Source: Nitrosarchaeum sp. (GTDB lineage: Archaea > Thermoproteota > Nitrososphaeria > Nitrososphaerales > Nitrosopumilaceae). From it: a stretch of 64,000 bases of DNA. The position numbers were made by a program, and so were the translations under genes. The DNA is taken from NCBI GenBank assembly GCA_965223865.1, contig OZ245020.1, positions 672,001-736,000 of the forward strand, given 5' to 3'. Positions 48,680 to 58,729 of the stretch are shown here, one piece after another (position 1 is the stretch's first letter; every line of letters starts with the position of its first letter). Below the pieces are notes generated by a model, which ran no database searches, was not told the DNA's origin, and saw only the letters and a program-made list of their open reading frames with translations.

Positions 48680-49625
48680 ATGAAGGCTGCAGTATTTGAT
48701 GGAAAAAGTATGACATTTCTTGATGACTATCCAGATCCCAATCATGAGGAGACTTGTCAGAATCAATCTAGCAGGATTATGCGGGACTGATCTGGAAATT
48801 TTGGATGGATACATGGATTATCATGGAATTCTTGGGCATGAGTTTGTAGGAACAGTTGCAAAATCTCAAAACAAGGATCTGATTGGTAAAAGAGTTGTAG
48901 GTGAAATTAATGTTGGCTGTGGTGTTTGCACTTCTTGTAAAAATGGTCTAGAAAGGCATTGCCCTAATAGAACTGTTTTGGGTATTCTAAAAAGAAACGG
49001 TGCTTTTGCAGAATATCTCTCACTTCCAGAAAAAAATCTTCATGTAATTCTTGACTCTATCTCCGATGAGCAAGCAGTTTTTGTTGAACCACCAGCTGCA
49101 GCATTTGAAATTACAGAACAAGTTAGTCTAAAATCCGATTGGAAAGTAGCAATTGTTGGTGATGGAAGATTAGCGTTTCTTATTGCAAATGTCTTGAAAC
49201 TTTATTGCAATAACATTGCATGTTTTGGAAGGCATGAAAAAAAACTTGCAAACTTCAAGAATCTTGTTGCAACAAAGATAGGAATTGATTCTGATGATGA
49301 ACATAGATTTGATTTGGTTGTAGAAGCAACTGGAAATAATTCTGGATTTACAGATACAATGAAGTTAATAAAACCACGAGGAACTGTAATTTTAAAATCA
49401 ACCATAGCTTCTAAAGAAAATCTGAACCTTACCCCTACTGTTGTCAATGAAATAACATTAATTGGTTCAAGATGTGGAAAATTTAAACCTGCAATTAATG
49501 CTCTTGCTTCACGAAAAATCTCAGTTGACTCTCTAATCGATTCCACTTTTTCTCTTGAAAATTTTCAAGATGCATTAGACTATGCTAAAAAACCAGAAAC
49601 TCTGAAGGTTTTTCTCAAACCATAG
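48680..49625 (+). pseudogene. Zn-dependent alcohol/threonine dehydrogenase-family gene with a frameshift near 48752
   Basis: ATG 48680 gives MKAAVFDG...YPDPNHEET, which joins LVRINLAGLCGTD only after a frame change. GHE and CGVC..C..G...HC motifs lie downstream. Confidence 0.75.
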
Positions 49626-49682
49626 AGTCTATTGATAAATTTTAGGTTTAAATTGGATTGACCGAAAATTTTACCTGTCTTT

Positions 49683-51131
49683 ATGTCTTCAATAACTCCA
49701 AAAAAAATTGCAGAAAATCAGTACATAATTGAAGCAGATTCTAATTTTGGGATGAAAGTTCCAGTGAAAATCTATGCTGATGAAAGTTTACTTCAAAAAA
49801 TGCTTACAGATAGAACAATAATGCAAGCAAGAAATGTGGCCTCTATTCCGGGTATTGTGAGTCATGGGGTTGTCTTGCCTGATGGTCATGAAGGATATGG
49901 CTTTCCTGTTGGTGGTGTAGCTGCAATGGATGCTGAAGAAGGAATGATTAGTCCTGGAGGAGTGGGTTATGATATTAACTGTGGCGTAAGATTGCTGAGA
50001 AGCACTCTAAATGAAGACATCGTCCGCTCAAAACTAAAGGATCTTGTTACAGAATTATTTGGATCCATTCCTTCAGGCGTTGGATCAAAAGGAGCTGTAA
50101 AACTTTCTCATTCACAACTAGACGAAGTTTTGGTTAATGGTGTTAATTGGGCCATTGACAATGGATATGGTTCAACACATGATGCAGATGTTTGTGAAGA
50201 AAATGGCCAAATTGCAAATGCAGATCCAAACAAAGTTTCAGACAAAGCACGAAAAAGAGGTGCTCCTCAACTTGGTAGTCTAGGTTCAGGAAATCACTTC
50301 CTCGAAATTCAAAAGGTAGCAGAGATTCATGATGAAGAAGCTGCAAAAAGAATGGGGATCTCAGAAGGAACCATCACAGTCTTGATTCATTGCGGCTCTC
50401 GAGGATTTGGTCATCAAGTTTGTAGCGATTATCTAAGAGTTTCAGAGCAAGCTTTAGAAAAATATGGTATTCACTTAGCAGATAGAGAACTAGCATGTGT
50501 CCCTAATTCCTCAGAAGAAGGTGAATCATATAGAAAAGCAATGTTTAGTGCCCTGAATTTTGCATGGAGTAATCGACAAATGATTACACATTGGACTAGA
50601 AAATCATTTGAAAAGGTTTTCAATCAATCAGAGTCAGATCTTGATATGAAATTAGTTTATGATGTTGCTCACAATATTGCCAAAGTGGAAAAACACAAAG
50701 TTGATGGAAAAGAAAGAAAAGTTGTAGTCCATAGAAAAGGTGCTACAAGAGCATTTCCGGCAAATCGTGAAGAGATACCTGCAAAGTATCGTGATATTGG
50801 ACAACCAGTTTTAATTCCAGGTTCTATGGGCACTTCAAGTTGGATTCTGCTAGGAAAACCAAATTCTATGGACTTGAGTTTTGGCTCAACAGCACATGGT
50901 GCGGGAAGAACAATGTCAAGGTCAAAAGCACGAAGAAATTTCACTGAAAACGACGTAAAAAAATCACTCAATAACAAGGGAATTTTCATAAAAGCATTGA
51001 CTCGAGATGGAGTGGTAGAAGAGACTCCTCAAGCCTACAAGGATGTTGATACCGTCGTAAATGTATCTCATAATCTAGGAATCGCAACCAAAGTAGCAAA
51101 ATTAGTACCTATAGGCGTGATTAAGGGATGA
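49683..51131 (+). CDS. rtcB: tRNA-splicing ligase RtcB
   Basis: PDGHEGYGFPVGGV, GVGYDINCG, GSLGSGNHF.E, HCGSRG.G, HRKGAT, HGAGR. Confidence 0.97.
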   Translation: MSSITPKKIAENQYIIEADSNFGMKVPVKIYADESLLQKMLTDRTIMQARNVASIPGIVSHGVVLPDGHEGYGFPVGGVAAMDAEEGMISPGGVGYDINCGVRLLRSTLNEDIVRSKLKDLVTELFGSIPSGVGSKGAVKLSHSQLDEVLVNGVNWAIDNGYGSTHDADVCEENGQIANADPNKVSDKARKRGAPQLGSLGSGNHFLEIQKVAEIHDEEAAKRMGISEGTITVLIHCGSRGFGHQVCSDYLRVSEQALEKYGIHLADRELACVPNSSEEGESYRKAMFSALNFAWSNRQMITHWTRKSFEKVFNQSESDLDMKLVYDVAHNIAKVEKHKVDGKERKVVVHRKGATRAFPANREEIPAKYRDIGQPVLIPGSMGTSSWILLGKPNSMDLSFGSTAHGAGRTMSRSKARRNFTENDVKKSLNNKGIFIKALTRDGVVEETPQAYKDVDTVVNVSHNLGIATKVAKLVPIGVIKG

Positions 51132-51535
51132 GTGAAGATTTTGAACTAGAAAGATTAAAGGCAAAAAGACTAGCCGAAATGCAAAAAAATATCTCTTTTC
51201 AGGAAAATGCTCAAAAACAACCTGAGACAAAACCAGAGACAAAAAAAACTCCTCGGGAAATTTTAGTTCCTACACTAGGGTACAGAGGCCTTGAAGTATT
51301 ACAAAACGCAGAATCACAATTTCCAAATGAAACAAAAATAATTGTTGAAAAACTAGCAGAATTGATTAAAACTGGAGAAATAAATGAAGTAATTGATGGT
51401 GGAAAACTATTGTTATTGTTCAGATCAGTTGGTCTAAACATAAGAATGCAAACAAAGATCAATGTTGAACAGGATGGAAAATTCGTATCACTATCTGATA
51501 AACTAAGTAACCAATCACTTAACGGTGAAGAGTAA
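51128..51535 (+). CDS. PDCD5-related dsDNA-binding protein
   Basis: EDFELERLKAKRLAEMQ N-terminus. Confidence 0.65.
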   Translation: MSEDFELERLKAKRLAEMQKNISFQENAQKQPETKPETKKTPREILVPTLGYRGLEVLQNAESQFPNETKIIVEKLAELIKTGEINEVIDGGKLLLLFRSVGLNIRMQTKINVEQDGKFVSLSDKLSNQSLNGEE

Positions 51536-51846
51536 TGGATATTGTTCTAGAAGTTGGAACTAAAAATTATTTAAATGATCTACTTTCTATTAAAAAAGCA
51601 TTATCTCATATGGAAAGTTTGGTTGGATGTTATAATGGTTATCTGCTTAGTGATCCATCTACAAGTTTTGGTTGGACATTTTTTAAATTAGCTTTCAAAC
51701 CCGATTTACAAAGAGGAATTGAGGAAAAGTTTGCAGACATGATTAACAAATATCAATGGAATAAGCCCGAAGAAAAATTTGGAAAATTTATGACTGATTA
51801 TTTTAAAGCTAGAGGTTGTGATGTTAGAATAAAAATATCTAACTAA
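51535..51846 (+). CDS. Hypothetical protein
   Basis: Translationally coupled (TAATG) to the upstream gene. Confidence 0.65.
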   Translation: MDIVLEVGTKNYLNDLLSIKKALSHMESLVGCYNGYLLSDPSTSFGWTFFKLAFKPDLQRGIEEKFADMINKYQWNKPEEKFGKFMTDYFKARGCDVRIKISN

Positions 51847-52340
51847 ACTCTTCTTCCTCTCTTTCCACCTTTCTTTCTTGTGGTGTCATGAGGAATTGGA
51901 GTGACATCATCAATTCTTCCAATCTTAAATCCGCCTCTTGCCAAGGCTCTAATTGCAGCTTGTGCCCCAGGACCTGGAACTCTAGATCCAACTCCACCAA
52001 CTGCTCTTACTCTAATGTGAAATCCCGTAAACCCTTTTGTTCTTGCAGATTCTACCACTGCGTTAGCAGCTTTCATTGCAGCAAATGGTGATGACTCATA
52101 TCTGTCAGCATTTACATGAATTCCGCCTGAACTAATTGCTACAGTTTCCCCTCCTGTCAGGTCAGTCATATGGATAATGGTATTGTTATAACTGCTGAAA
52201 ATATGAGCAATGCCCCATTTTTCAGGACCTTCTTTTTTTGTTTCTGGTTCTACTTGTGGTCTTGATTTGGCCTCTGTTTCAGCTTTGGTTTCCTCTATTA
52301 GTGCCTCTTCTTCTTCTATTTTAGCCTCAGTTTCTGACAA
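51843..52340 (-). CDS. rps11: 30S ribosomal protein S11 (uS11) with acidic N-terminal extension
   Basis: [46 protein letters not shown]. Confidence 0.97.
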   Translation of the reverse strand: MSETEAKIEEEEALIEETKAETEAKSRPQVEPETKKEGPEKWGIAHIFSSYNNTIIHMTDLTGGETVAISSGGIHVNADRYESSPFAAMKAANAVVESARTKGFTGFHIRVRAVGGVGSRVPGPGAQAAIRALARGGFKIGRIDDVTPIPHDTTRKKGGKRGRRV

Positions 52341-52454
52341 TGTCTACTCACACCTTAAAGGGTTTAAAAAACATTGATTTTTGAGAATGGCTTTTCTTGA
52401 TACTTTGTATTTTTTGTGACTATCACTAAAATACTATGAAAAGTCGTTTTTTTA

Positions 52455-52778
52455 ATGGGATCTGTAATCTTACTTGCCATAGGAATTGCAGTAGCTGCTG
52501 CGCTTTTGGGTTCTGTTGCTTTTCAGTTTCTAACTCCTAACAATGAAATCTCTCCATTTCTTGCAGTTGAAGAAAAATGTGAAAAAATTGCATTGGAAGG
52601 TTATAAAATACATCTAAAATATCCTGACTCACAACCAGATGATTTACCATCTAATGATAGGGACCGTTGGTTGTATCTTGATGAGATATGGATTAATGAT
52701 TGTGTAAATGTTTTACCTGCTGCAACTGTTTTTGATATTATTCAAAGAGTAGAGCTTGATTTTCGTTTTGGGGAATGA
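52455..52778 (+). CDS. Membrane-anchored hypothetical protein
   Basis: N-terminal TM; two Cys in the soluble part. Confidence 0.6.
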   Translation: MGSVILLAIGIAVAAALLGSVAFQFLTPNNEISPFLAVEEKCEKIALEGYKIHLKYPDSQPDDLPSNDRDRWLYLDEIWINDCVNVLPAATVFDIIQRVELDFRFGE

Positions 52779-53732
52779 TCATTTTGTAAAGTGGCGCCAC
52801 CCCAAATCTTTTAGATGGTAAATTTTTTCATCCACTTTAGTATAGACTCCAGTTCCATTTGTTACGAATCCAATTTCTTCTATTGGTGTTTTTACTTGAG
52901 ATGATATTTTTTTGACAATTGGTTTGTATTTTTTTGGTATAGTAAAAACAAATTCATATTCTTCACCTCCATGAAAAATTAAATTAGTTGGATTGATCTT
53001 GTTTTCTTTTGCAAATTCATAAATCTCCTTTGGTGCCGGAATTTTATCTATGATGAACTTTTGATTGCTTTGTTTTGACATTTCATTTAGGGTAGTAGAT
53101 AATCCATCACTAGAATCCATTGAGGATGAAAAATACTTTCTACTCTTACAACCAAACTCAAGTCTAGGTTTTGGTTTAAACACCGATTTTAGTGCTTTTG
53201 CAACAAAGATTCTCTTGCCTTTTCTTTTATCAAGTAAAATTTTCAATCCTGCTGCAGTGTATCCAAATGGACCTGTAACAAATATTGAGTCTCCTGCTTT
53301 TGCACCCTTTCTGGCGATTATTTTGTCTGATTTCCCAAAAATACATACATGAAAAACTAATTCTTTTCCCTCATTTGTGTCGCCTCCTAGAATTTTAATT
53401 TGAAATTCTTTTGATGCAGTTTTCAAACCATTTGATATCTCTATAACTTTTGAGCGTGAGATTGACTTAGGCATGTTTAAGGAAATAATACCAAATTCTG
53501 GTTTTACTCCTTTTGATGCAAAATCACTAATGCATGCTACAATACTCTTTCTTGCAGCATCCGCTAATTTCATTTTTGGAGGGATATCTGTGCTTTGAAC
53601 TAAGGTATCTATCTTAACAACAATCCTTGTTTTGCCAATTTTGAATGTCTCTACATCTTCAGAAACAAATTTTTTATTTTTTAGTTTGCTTTGAAAAATT
53701 TTGATAATGGAAGATTCATCTAACTTCTTCAT
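52779..53732 (-). CDS. thiL: Thiamine-monophosphate kinase
   Basis: ISDFA.KG, GGDTNE, R.GAK.GD.I.VTG, MDSSDGL, GGEEYE. Confidence 0.93.
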   Translation of the reverse strand: MKKLDESSIIKIFQSKLKNKKFVSEDVETFKIGKTRIVVKIDTLVQSTDIPPKMKLADAARKSIVACISDFASKGVKPEFGIISLNMPKSISRSKVIEISNGLKTASKEFQIKILGGDTNEGKELVFHVCIFGKSDKIIARKGAKAGDSIFVTGPFGYTAAGLKILLDKRKGKRIFVAKALKSVFKPKPRLEFGCKSRKYFSSSMDSSDGLSTTLNEMSKQSNQKFIIDKIPAPKEIYEFAKENKINPTNLIFHGGEEYEFVFTIPKKYKPIVKKISSQVKTPIEEIGFVTNGTGVYTKVDEKIYHLKDLGWRHFTK

Positions 53733-55014
53733 AACACTTTTTCACTACATTTAGTGTGTCTTTTACAATTTTTTCACATTTTGCTAAATCATTAGATTCT
53801 CCAGAAACTCTGATGATATCTTCGGTGTTTGATTTTCTGATCAAAACCCAGCTATCTTCATCTATTATTCCTTTTACGCCATCTTGCGTAATTACTTCCG
53901 AAAAATCTTTTGAAAATTTTTTAGATATTTTATCAATTATCGTATCGTGATAGTTTGCATCCACTTCAATTTTATCTCTAATTTGCGTATAACTTTCCAT
54001 GAAATTTAATATCTCATCAAATTTAGGATTACTCAACATTGACGCAATTAGGCCACTGGTAAGAATGCCTTCTCTACAATAATTAAATTCCGGTAAAATA
54101 AAACCCCCACTACTTCCTTCTCCCCCAGCTTGGGAGTTTGTCTTTAACATCAAATCAATTACATTTGCTTCTCCAACTTTGGATCTTTCTACCATCCCTC
54201 CCTTTTCTTTGATGAATTTCTCTACTGAAACACTAGTGTCTATGCTTAAAACAAATTTCTTGTATCCAAGTTCAAGCGACTTTGCTACTCCCAATCCCAA
54301 TGTTACATCAGGAGTCTGTTTTTTTCCATTTCTTACAACTACTAATCTATCACTGTCGAGGTCAAAAGCAAATCCAATGTCTTTGTCTTGTGATGCTAAA
54401 ATAAGATCAGATAAACTCTCTGCTGTTGGATCTGGTCCTCTAGTTGTTGTACTCAAATCTTCATTAATAACGCTGACTTTACATCCTAGCTGTCTTAACA
54501 AGTCTGGTGCCACCTTTTTTGCTGCTCCTCCTCCAATATCTACAGCAATTTCAGGCTCGCTACTGATCTCTCCTATCAATTTTTTTGCCTCCTCTATGTA
54601 TGAAGATGTAATTTGTGTTTCTGCTCCAATCTCAGATTTTGGCAAATCTTGTTTTTCTAAAATTTGTGGTAATTCACGTTCATTAATTCCTCTTCCTTCA
54701 ACTATGAATTTTAGGCCATTCCACTCAACTGGATTATGAGATGATGAAATTATTACCCCTGCTCCATATTTTCTTGCCTCACGAAATACCACAGGAGTTG
54801 GTACCGTGCCTAGATCAAATACATCAATCCCATTTTTCAGTAATGCAGCTGACGCAACCTCCTTGATCATTTGACCTGAAGGCCTTGTATCCATTCCAAT
54901 AACACATTTCTTTGATTTTACTAGCGATGAAAAATTATTACAAAAATAAATTGCATCTTTTAAGTTAAAATCTTGACCAAATATACCTCTGATACCCGAA
55001 ATGGTTTTCTTCAT
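53716..55014 (-). CDS. Phosphohexomutase (PMM/PGM/GlmM family)
   Basis: SGIRG, D.RPSG, SSHNP..WNGLK, FDLDSDR, GGEGS, RKSNTE. Confidence 0.92.
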   Translation of the reverse strand: MKKTISGIRGIFGQDFNLKDAIYFCNNFSSLVKSKKCVIGMDTRPSGQMIKEVASAALLKNGIDVFDLGTVPTPVVFREARKYGAGVIISSSHNPVEWNGLKFIVEGRGINERELPQILEKQDLPKSEIGAETQITSSYIEEAKKLIGEISSEPEIAVDIGGGAAKKVAPDLLRQLGCKVSVINEDLSTTTRGPDPTAESLSDLILASQDKDIGFAFDLDSDRLVVVRNGKKQTPDVTLGLGVAKSLELGYKKFVLSIDTSVSVEKFIKEKGGMVERSKVGEANVIDLMLKTNSQAGGEGSSGGFILPEFNYCREGILTSGLIASMLSNPKFDEILNFMESYTQIRDKIEVDANYHDTIIDKISKKFSKDFSEVITQDGVKGIIDEDSWVLIRKSNTEDIIRVSGESNDLAKCEKIVKDTLNVVKKCYEEVR

Positions 55015-55068
55015 TTGATCAAAAATGGAAAAGGCTTTTTATTAACTCTAATGGCTCAACCAAAAAGT

Positions 55069-55142
55069 GCCTCGATAGCTCAGCCTGGTAGAGCGAACGC
55101 CTCGTAAGCGTTAGGTCGCGGGTTCAGATCCCGTTCGAGGCT
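55069..55142 (+). tRNA. tRNA-Thr(CGT), probable integration target
   Basis: GCCTCGA/TCGAGGC acceptor; AACGC-CT-CGT-AA-GCGTT; integrase gene starts about 40 nt downstream. Confidence 0.93.
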
Positions 55143-55143
55143 T

Positions 55144-55159
55144 TTAACGCTAGCGTTAA
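55144..55159. repeat. Perfect 16-bp palindrome TTAACGCTAGCGTTAA at the element boundary
   Basis: Read directly from the sequence, immediately after the tRNA 3' end. Confidence 0.85.
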
Positions 55160-55182
55160 GAACCCTAACTGCCTATATTGTA

Positions 55183-55854
55183 TTGAAAGAAGATTTGATA
55201 AAAGAAAAAATAATTTCTACTAAAAGAAAGAATGAAACGTTTGTAGTGCATCCCTATGATTCGATAATAAAACAAACTCATGATTTGATTAAAAAACAAC
55301 TATCAAAAGAAAATGCATCTATGATTCAAAAATATGATCAGTACATGATGAATCATTCTTTGTCAAAACCTACTCGTATGGGTCATCTCAAAGTTACACT
55401 AAATCTTTCTAGAATGTTACGAAAAAATTGGATAGATGCAACTAAAGATGACATTGATGAACTAGTCTATAAAATTGTCAGCACGTATGGTGACAACAAG
55501 GGTCAGGAAACAAACACTAGTTATGATCACAAAAAAGTTCTAAAGATGTTTTTTAGATGGGTAAAGCTTGGTTCTCGGAATTTCAAAGAAGTAGGAGATC
55601 CTCCAGAAACAAAAAGCGTTCATCCACGCCCAATCAAGAATAATCTAATACGGGAAGATATGATTACCAGTCAAGATTATAGACAACTACTTGTTGCAGC
55701 TGAGAACAACCCTAGAGTAAAGGCATTAATTGCAACACATTTTGAAGCAGGAACAAGACCTGGTAGAGTAACTGCAAGAATTCCAACAGATCTTCAACAA
55801 GGACAATATGAAGTTGAAATTAGGAAACCTAGAAGCGTTCATCCGCGATTCTAA
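55183..55854 (+). pseudogene. Tyrosine recombinase/integrase, C-terminally truncated
   Basis: Core-binding domain (LKMFFRWV) and box I (RVKALIATHFEAGTRPG) are present; an unrelated tail of about 29 aa follows; no HxxR or catalytic Tyr. Confidence 0.8.
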
Positions 55855-56122
55855 TCTCTTGCACTAAAGATAATTTAGAACCCATCAATAGAAAAAGAAC
55901 AAACTAGGAAAATAACAATCCGCAATTATGAAAGATTTTTCTGAATTAGGTCATGCAACTCAAAAAAACAATTTCCATGTATGTGAATTACTGAGAATTA
56001 TGTCATAGAAAATTGCAATGTTAACATATTTGTAAATTCTCTCAACATAACATGTATTAGAAACTATGCTTGATCTCCTTGTTTGCAGAAGATTCAAAAA
56101 TAGTTTTGTCTGCAATGTCATT

Positions 56123-56488
56123 ATGACAAAGCAGAAGACTAAGACAGACCCAATTGCTAGCGATATTAAGAAAATTAAACAAACACTTAATGTTCTTTCT
56201 CGCAGAGTATCACGGCTGGAAAACAATGTAAAAACCAGGAACAAGCGTAGAGACAGCAGCACTTTAGCAACCGAAGCAATTCTGGTAAATGCCTTGTACA
56301 GCGATATGATGTATGATGCAGCAAGAAAACAACGTGAGATTGTGAAGAATAAACAAAGGGAAAGAGATATTCAGAAAAACCGTAATCTAAAAATGCTACG
56401 TGAAGTAGAAAAGATGAAAAAAGATCTTTCTACCCAAGACTATGAGAAGCTTAAGAAATTTTTCAGTTCAAAACAATCTAAAAAATAA
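56123..56488 (+). CDS. Basic coiled-coil hypothetical protein
   Basis: IKKIKQTLNVLSRRVSRLE heptads. Likely start ATG 56123; ORF is open from 56066. Confidence 0.6.
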   Translation: MTKQKTKTDPIASDIKKIKQTLNVLSRRVSRLENNVKTRNKRRDSSTLATEAILVNALYSDMMYDAARKQREIVKNKQRERDIQKNRNLKMLREVEKMKKDLSTQDYEKLKKFFSSKQSKK

Positions 56489-56726
56489 ATTACTCTAAAA
56501 ACACGCATCAAAATACATTGATTTGTCTTAAAATATAATCCAGAAATTTGTTGATGTTTCCATATGTATTGTAATAGAATTTCAACCGTTACATTTACTT
56601 TCACAAAAATGGAATATATCGCATGTATGGAAAACATATGATAAAAGATGAACTTGTATATTTGACCCGTCTATGATCTACAAATACCCTTTTATCTCAG
56701 AAAAAGACAGTGTAAACATGTTGTAG

Positions 56727-57518
56727 ATGTCATATACTATACAAATCCAAAAGACTGTTTGTTTTTGTCGTAAACCAACACTTCTTACCATCCCACCAGA
56801 AAACGAAATCATCTGCAAGAACTGTGGTGTAACATTTGGATTCGATGAATATTACGATACAGAAAACACAATTCCATTTTATCAAATCTCAAAATCAAAT
56901 CTAAATATCTCACAATCAAGACAAACCGGCTCCAATCCATATGATGTCAAAGGATTCACTCAAATCAAAAATCTAAGAATCGAAAATAACAATTCTGCTG
57001 ATATTGCATCAATTGCAGATATTTGTAACAAACTAAAACTACCAAATACCATATCTGAAGAATGCTGGCAGTTATACAATTCAACAAGAAAAAAGAATCA
57101 CAGGTTCACTCGAGCCAAATCCATCTGCATGGCAATCTACCAGACATGTCAAAATCACAAGATTCCATATGATGAAAAATCAGTTCAAAACATTGTATGC
57201 CAAAGCTTGGGAGTCAAGAACGCACCAAAGTTCAAAAGTGTAATCTTTAAGGTTCGTAATCATCAATCAAACTCTAAAAAATATGCCTCTAAAAGAGAAT
57301 TTTATCTAAATCAGCACATATCCCAGGCACAAAACAGGCACAAACTGCAAGATATTACGACACTACAACAACTCTCCATACAATACTATGAGAATTTTGC
57401 ATCAATCTTCCGCTTAAATAATAATGGCAATTCTATGTTGATGAGCAATCAGGCAGATCATAACACTCTGGCCAAAAGAGCCGTGAGTCTGGCCATTTTG
57501 AGGTGTTGTGTCAATTGA
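56727..57518 (+). CDS. Divergent TFB/TFIIB-like protein
   Basis: Zn ribbon CFC...EIICKNCGV; cyclin fold IADICNKLKLP.TI.EE...LY...AIYQTC...IP. Confidence 0.75.
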   Translation: MSYTIQIQKTVCFCRKPTLLTIPPENEIICKNCGVTFGFDEYYDTENTIPFYQISKSNLNISQSRQTGSNPYDVKGFTQIKNLRIENNNSADIASIADICNKLKLPNTISEECWQLYNSTRKKNHRFTRAKSICMAIYQTCQNHKIPYDEKSVQNIVCQSLGVKNAPKFKSVIFKVRNHQSNSKKYASKREFYLNQHISQAQNRHKLQDITTLQQLSIQYYENFASIFRLNNNGNSMLMSNQADHNTLAKRAVSLAILRCCVN

Positions 57519-58729
57519 GCATCATAGAACAAACGACAATGGTCAAGATATCTGATATTCTTTCACCACCAGTAAACGTTGGCATATCAACTAATTCAAA
57601 CATTGAAAAGTTTGCACAAATTGCAAAAGAGAATCCAAAATCATTGCCAACCATAAAACTTGGAAGAACACAAAACGGTAAACTGCATGCAATTAATCAT
57701 CATGATGTCATACTGGGATGCAAGCGTGCAGGACCAAACACGATAACTGAGATCCCCGCAACTATAACAGATGATTTTGTTGGTTTAACAGATATCTTGA
57801 TTGCACACTTTAAAGAAATAACAAACAATGAGACATTCAATACAATATCAATCTATGATACGATTGATTACTTGGAAGAAAAATTACAAAAAAACAAAAA
57901 AGAGATTCTAAAATTATTATGGCTCAATGACACTCCATATGAGAAATTAATTTTATCTAAACTAGATAATTTTATCTCTGTAAAATCAATTGAGAAGCTG
58001 CAAAATATCGTAAACCAATTATCCGAAAGAAAACTAACTCCAACTCAAATTATTGTTCCACCATATGTCTTGTCGAAAATTTCTATATTACAAGATGAGA
58101 ATCAACAGCTGTTACTAATTTCAGAAATTCAAGCTGATCTAGAATCAATGACTGATGGCAAATTCGCATGGACCACACCTGAACAAATTGACACCATGAT
58201 AAAATACAACAAACAAGACGCATCTCATGAAGAAAACAATAGAGAAGAATCAGAAATTGCAACAATGACAAAAATCAAAGATGTTGGAAAAAAACAACCA
58301 AAAACAAAGAAAGATAAAAATTCAAAACAAAATGATTCTTCAGAACTTGATGATGATGAAGAAACAATACTAATTCAAAAATCCATTCCAAACATGATCA
58401 TTATTCCAAACGAGAAAACTGGGAAACCTAGTATGTTGGTAAACAAGAGAACCGGCGCAGTATCCAAAATTGAGAAATCCGACCGTAAAGACATCATAAA
58501 GACCACCAGTGTAGGCACAAAATCCTTGTATTCTGTGCCTATTGAGGTGACATCTCACCTGAATTTTGATAGTAATGATGATGGTGAGATTAATGACAAC
58601 GATACAGAACTTAATTTCAAAATCAGATACAGAAACTTTGACTCTGTTTTGGATTTGGAGAAATTTCTCAAGATGTTTCCAAAAGACAAACCAGTGATAA
58701 AATTGTCACTGTTTTGGAATGCTGCATGA
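57503..58729 (+). CDS. Protein with degenerate ParB/Srx-like N-terminal domain
   Basis: LPTIKL....GKLHAINHHDVILGCKRAG...IPATI resembles the ParB box (IDGHHR degenerate); helical middle; acidic linker. Confidence 0.5.
   Translation: MLCQLSIIEQTTMVKISDILSPPVNVGISTNSNIEKFAQIAKENPKSLPTIKLGRTQNGKLHAINHHDVILGCKRAGPNTITEIPATITDDFVGLTDILIAHFKEITNNETFNTISIYDTIDYLEEKLQKNKKEILKLLWLNDTPYEKLILSKLDNFISVKSIEKLQNIVNQLSERKLTPTQIIVPPYVLSKISILQDENQQLLLISEIQADLESMTDGKFAWTTPEQIDTMIKYNKQDASHEENNREESEIATMTKIKDVGKKQPKTKKDKNSKQNDSSELDDDEETILIQKSIPNMIIIPNEKTGKPSMLVNKRTGAVSKIEKSDRKDIIKTTSVGTKSLYSVPIEVTSHLNFDSNDDGEINDNDTELNFKIRYRNFDSVLDLEKFLKMFPKDKPVIKLSLFWNAA

Noticed and set aside
22083-55142. The two tRNA-Thr genes as attL/attR of one element
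   Set aside because: They are complete, differ in anticodon, are inverted, and enclose core genes
55960-56637. Minus-strand ORFs 55960-56262 and 56440-56637
   Set aside because: Low-complexity antisense shadows in an otherwise plus-strand element
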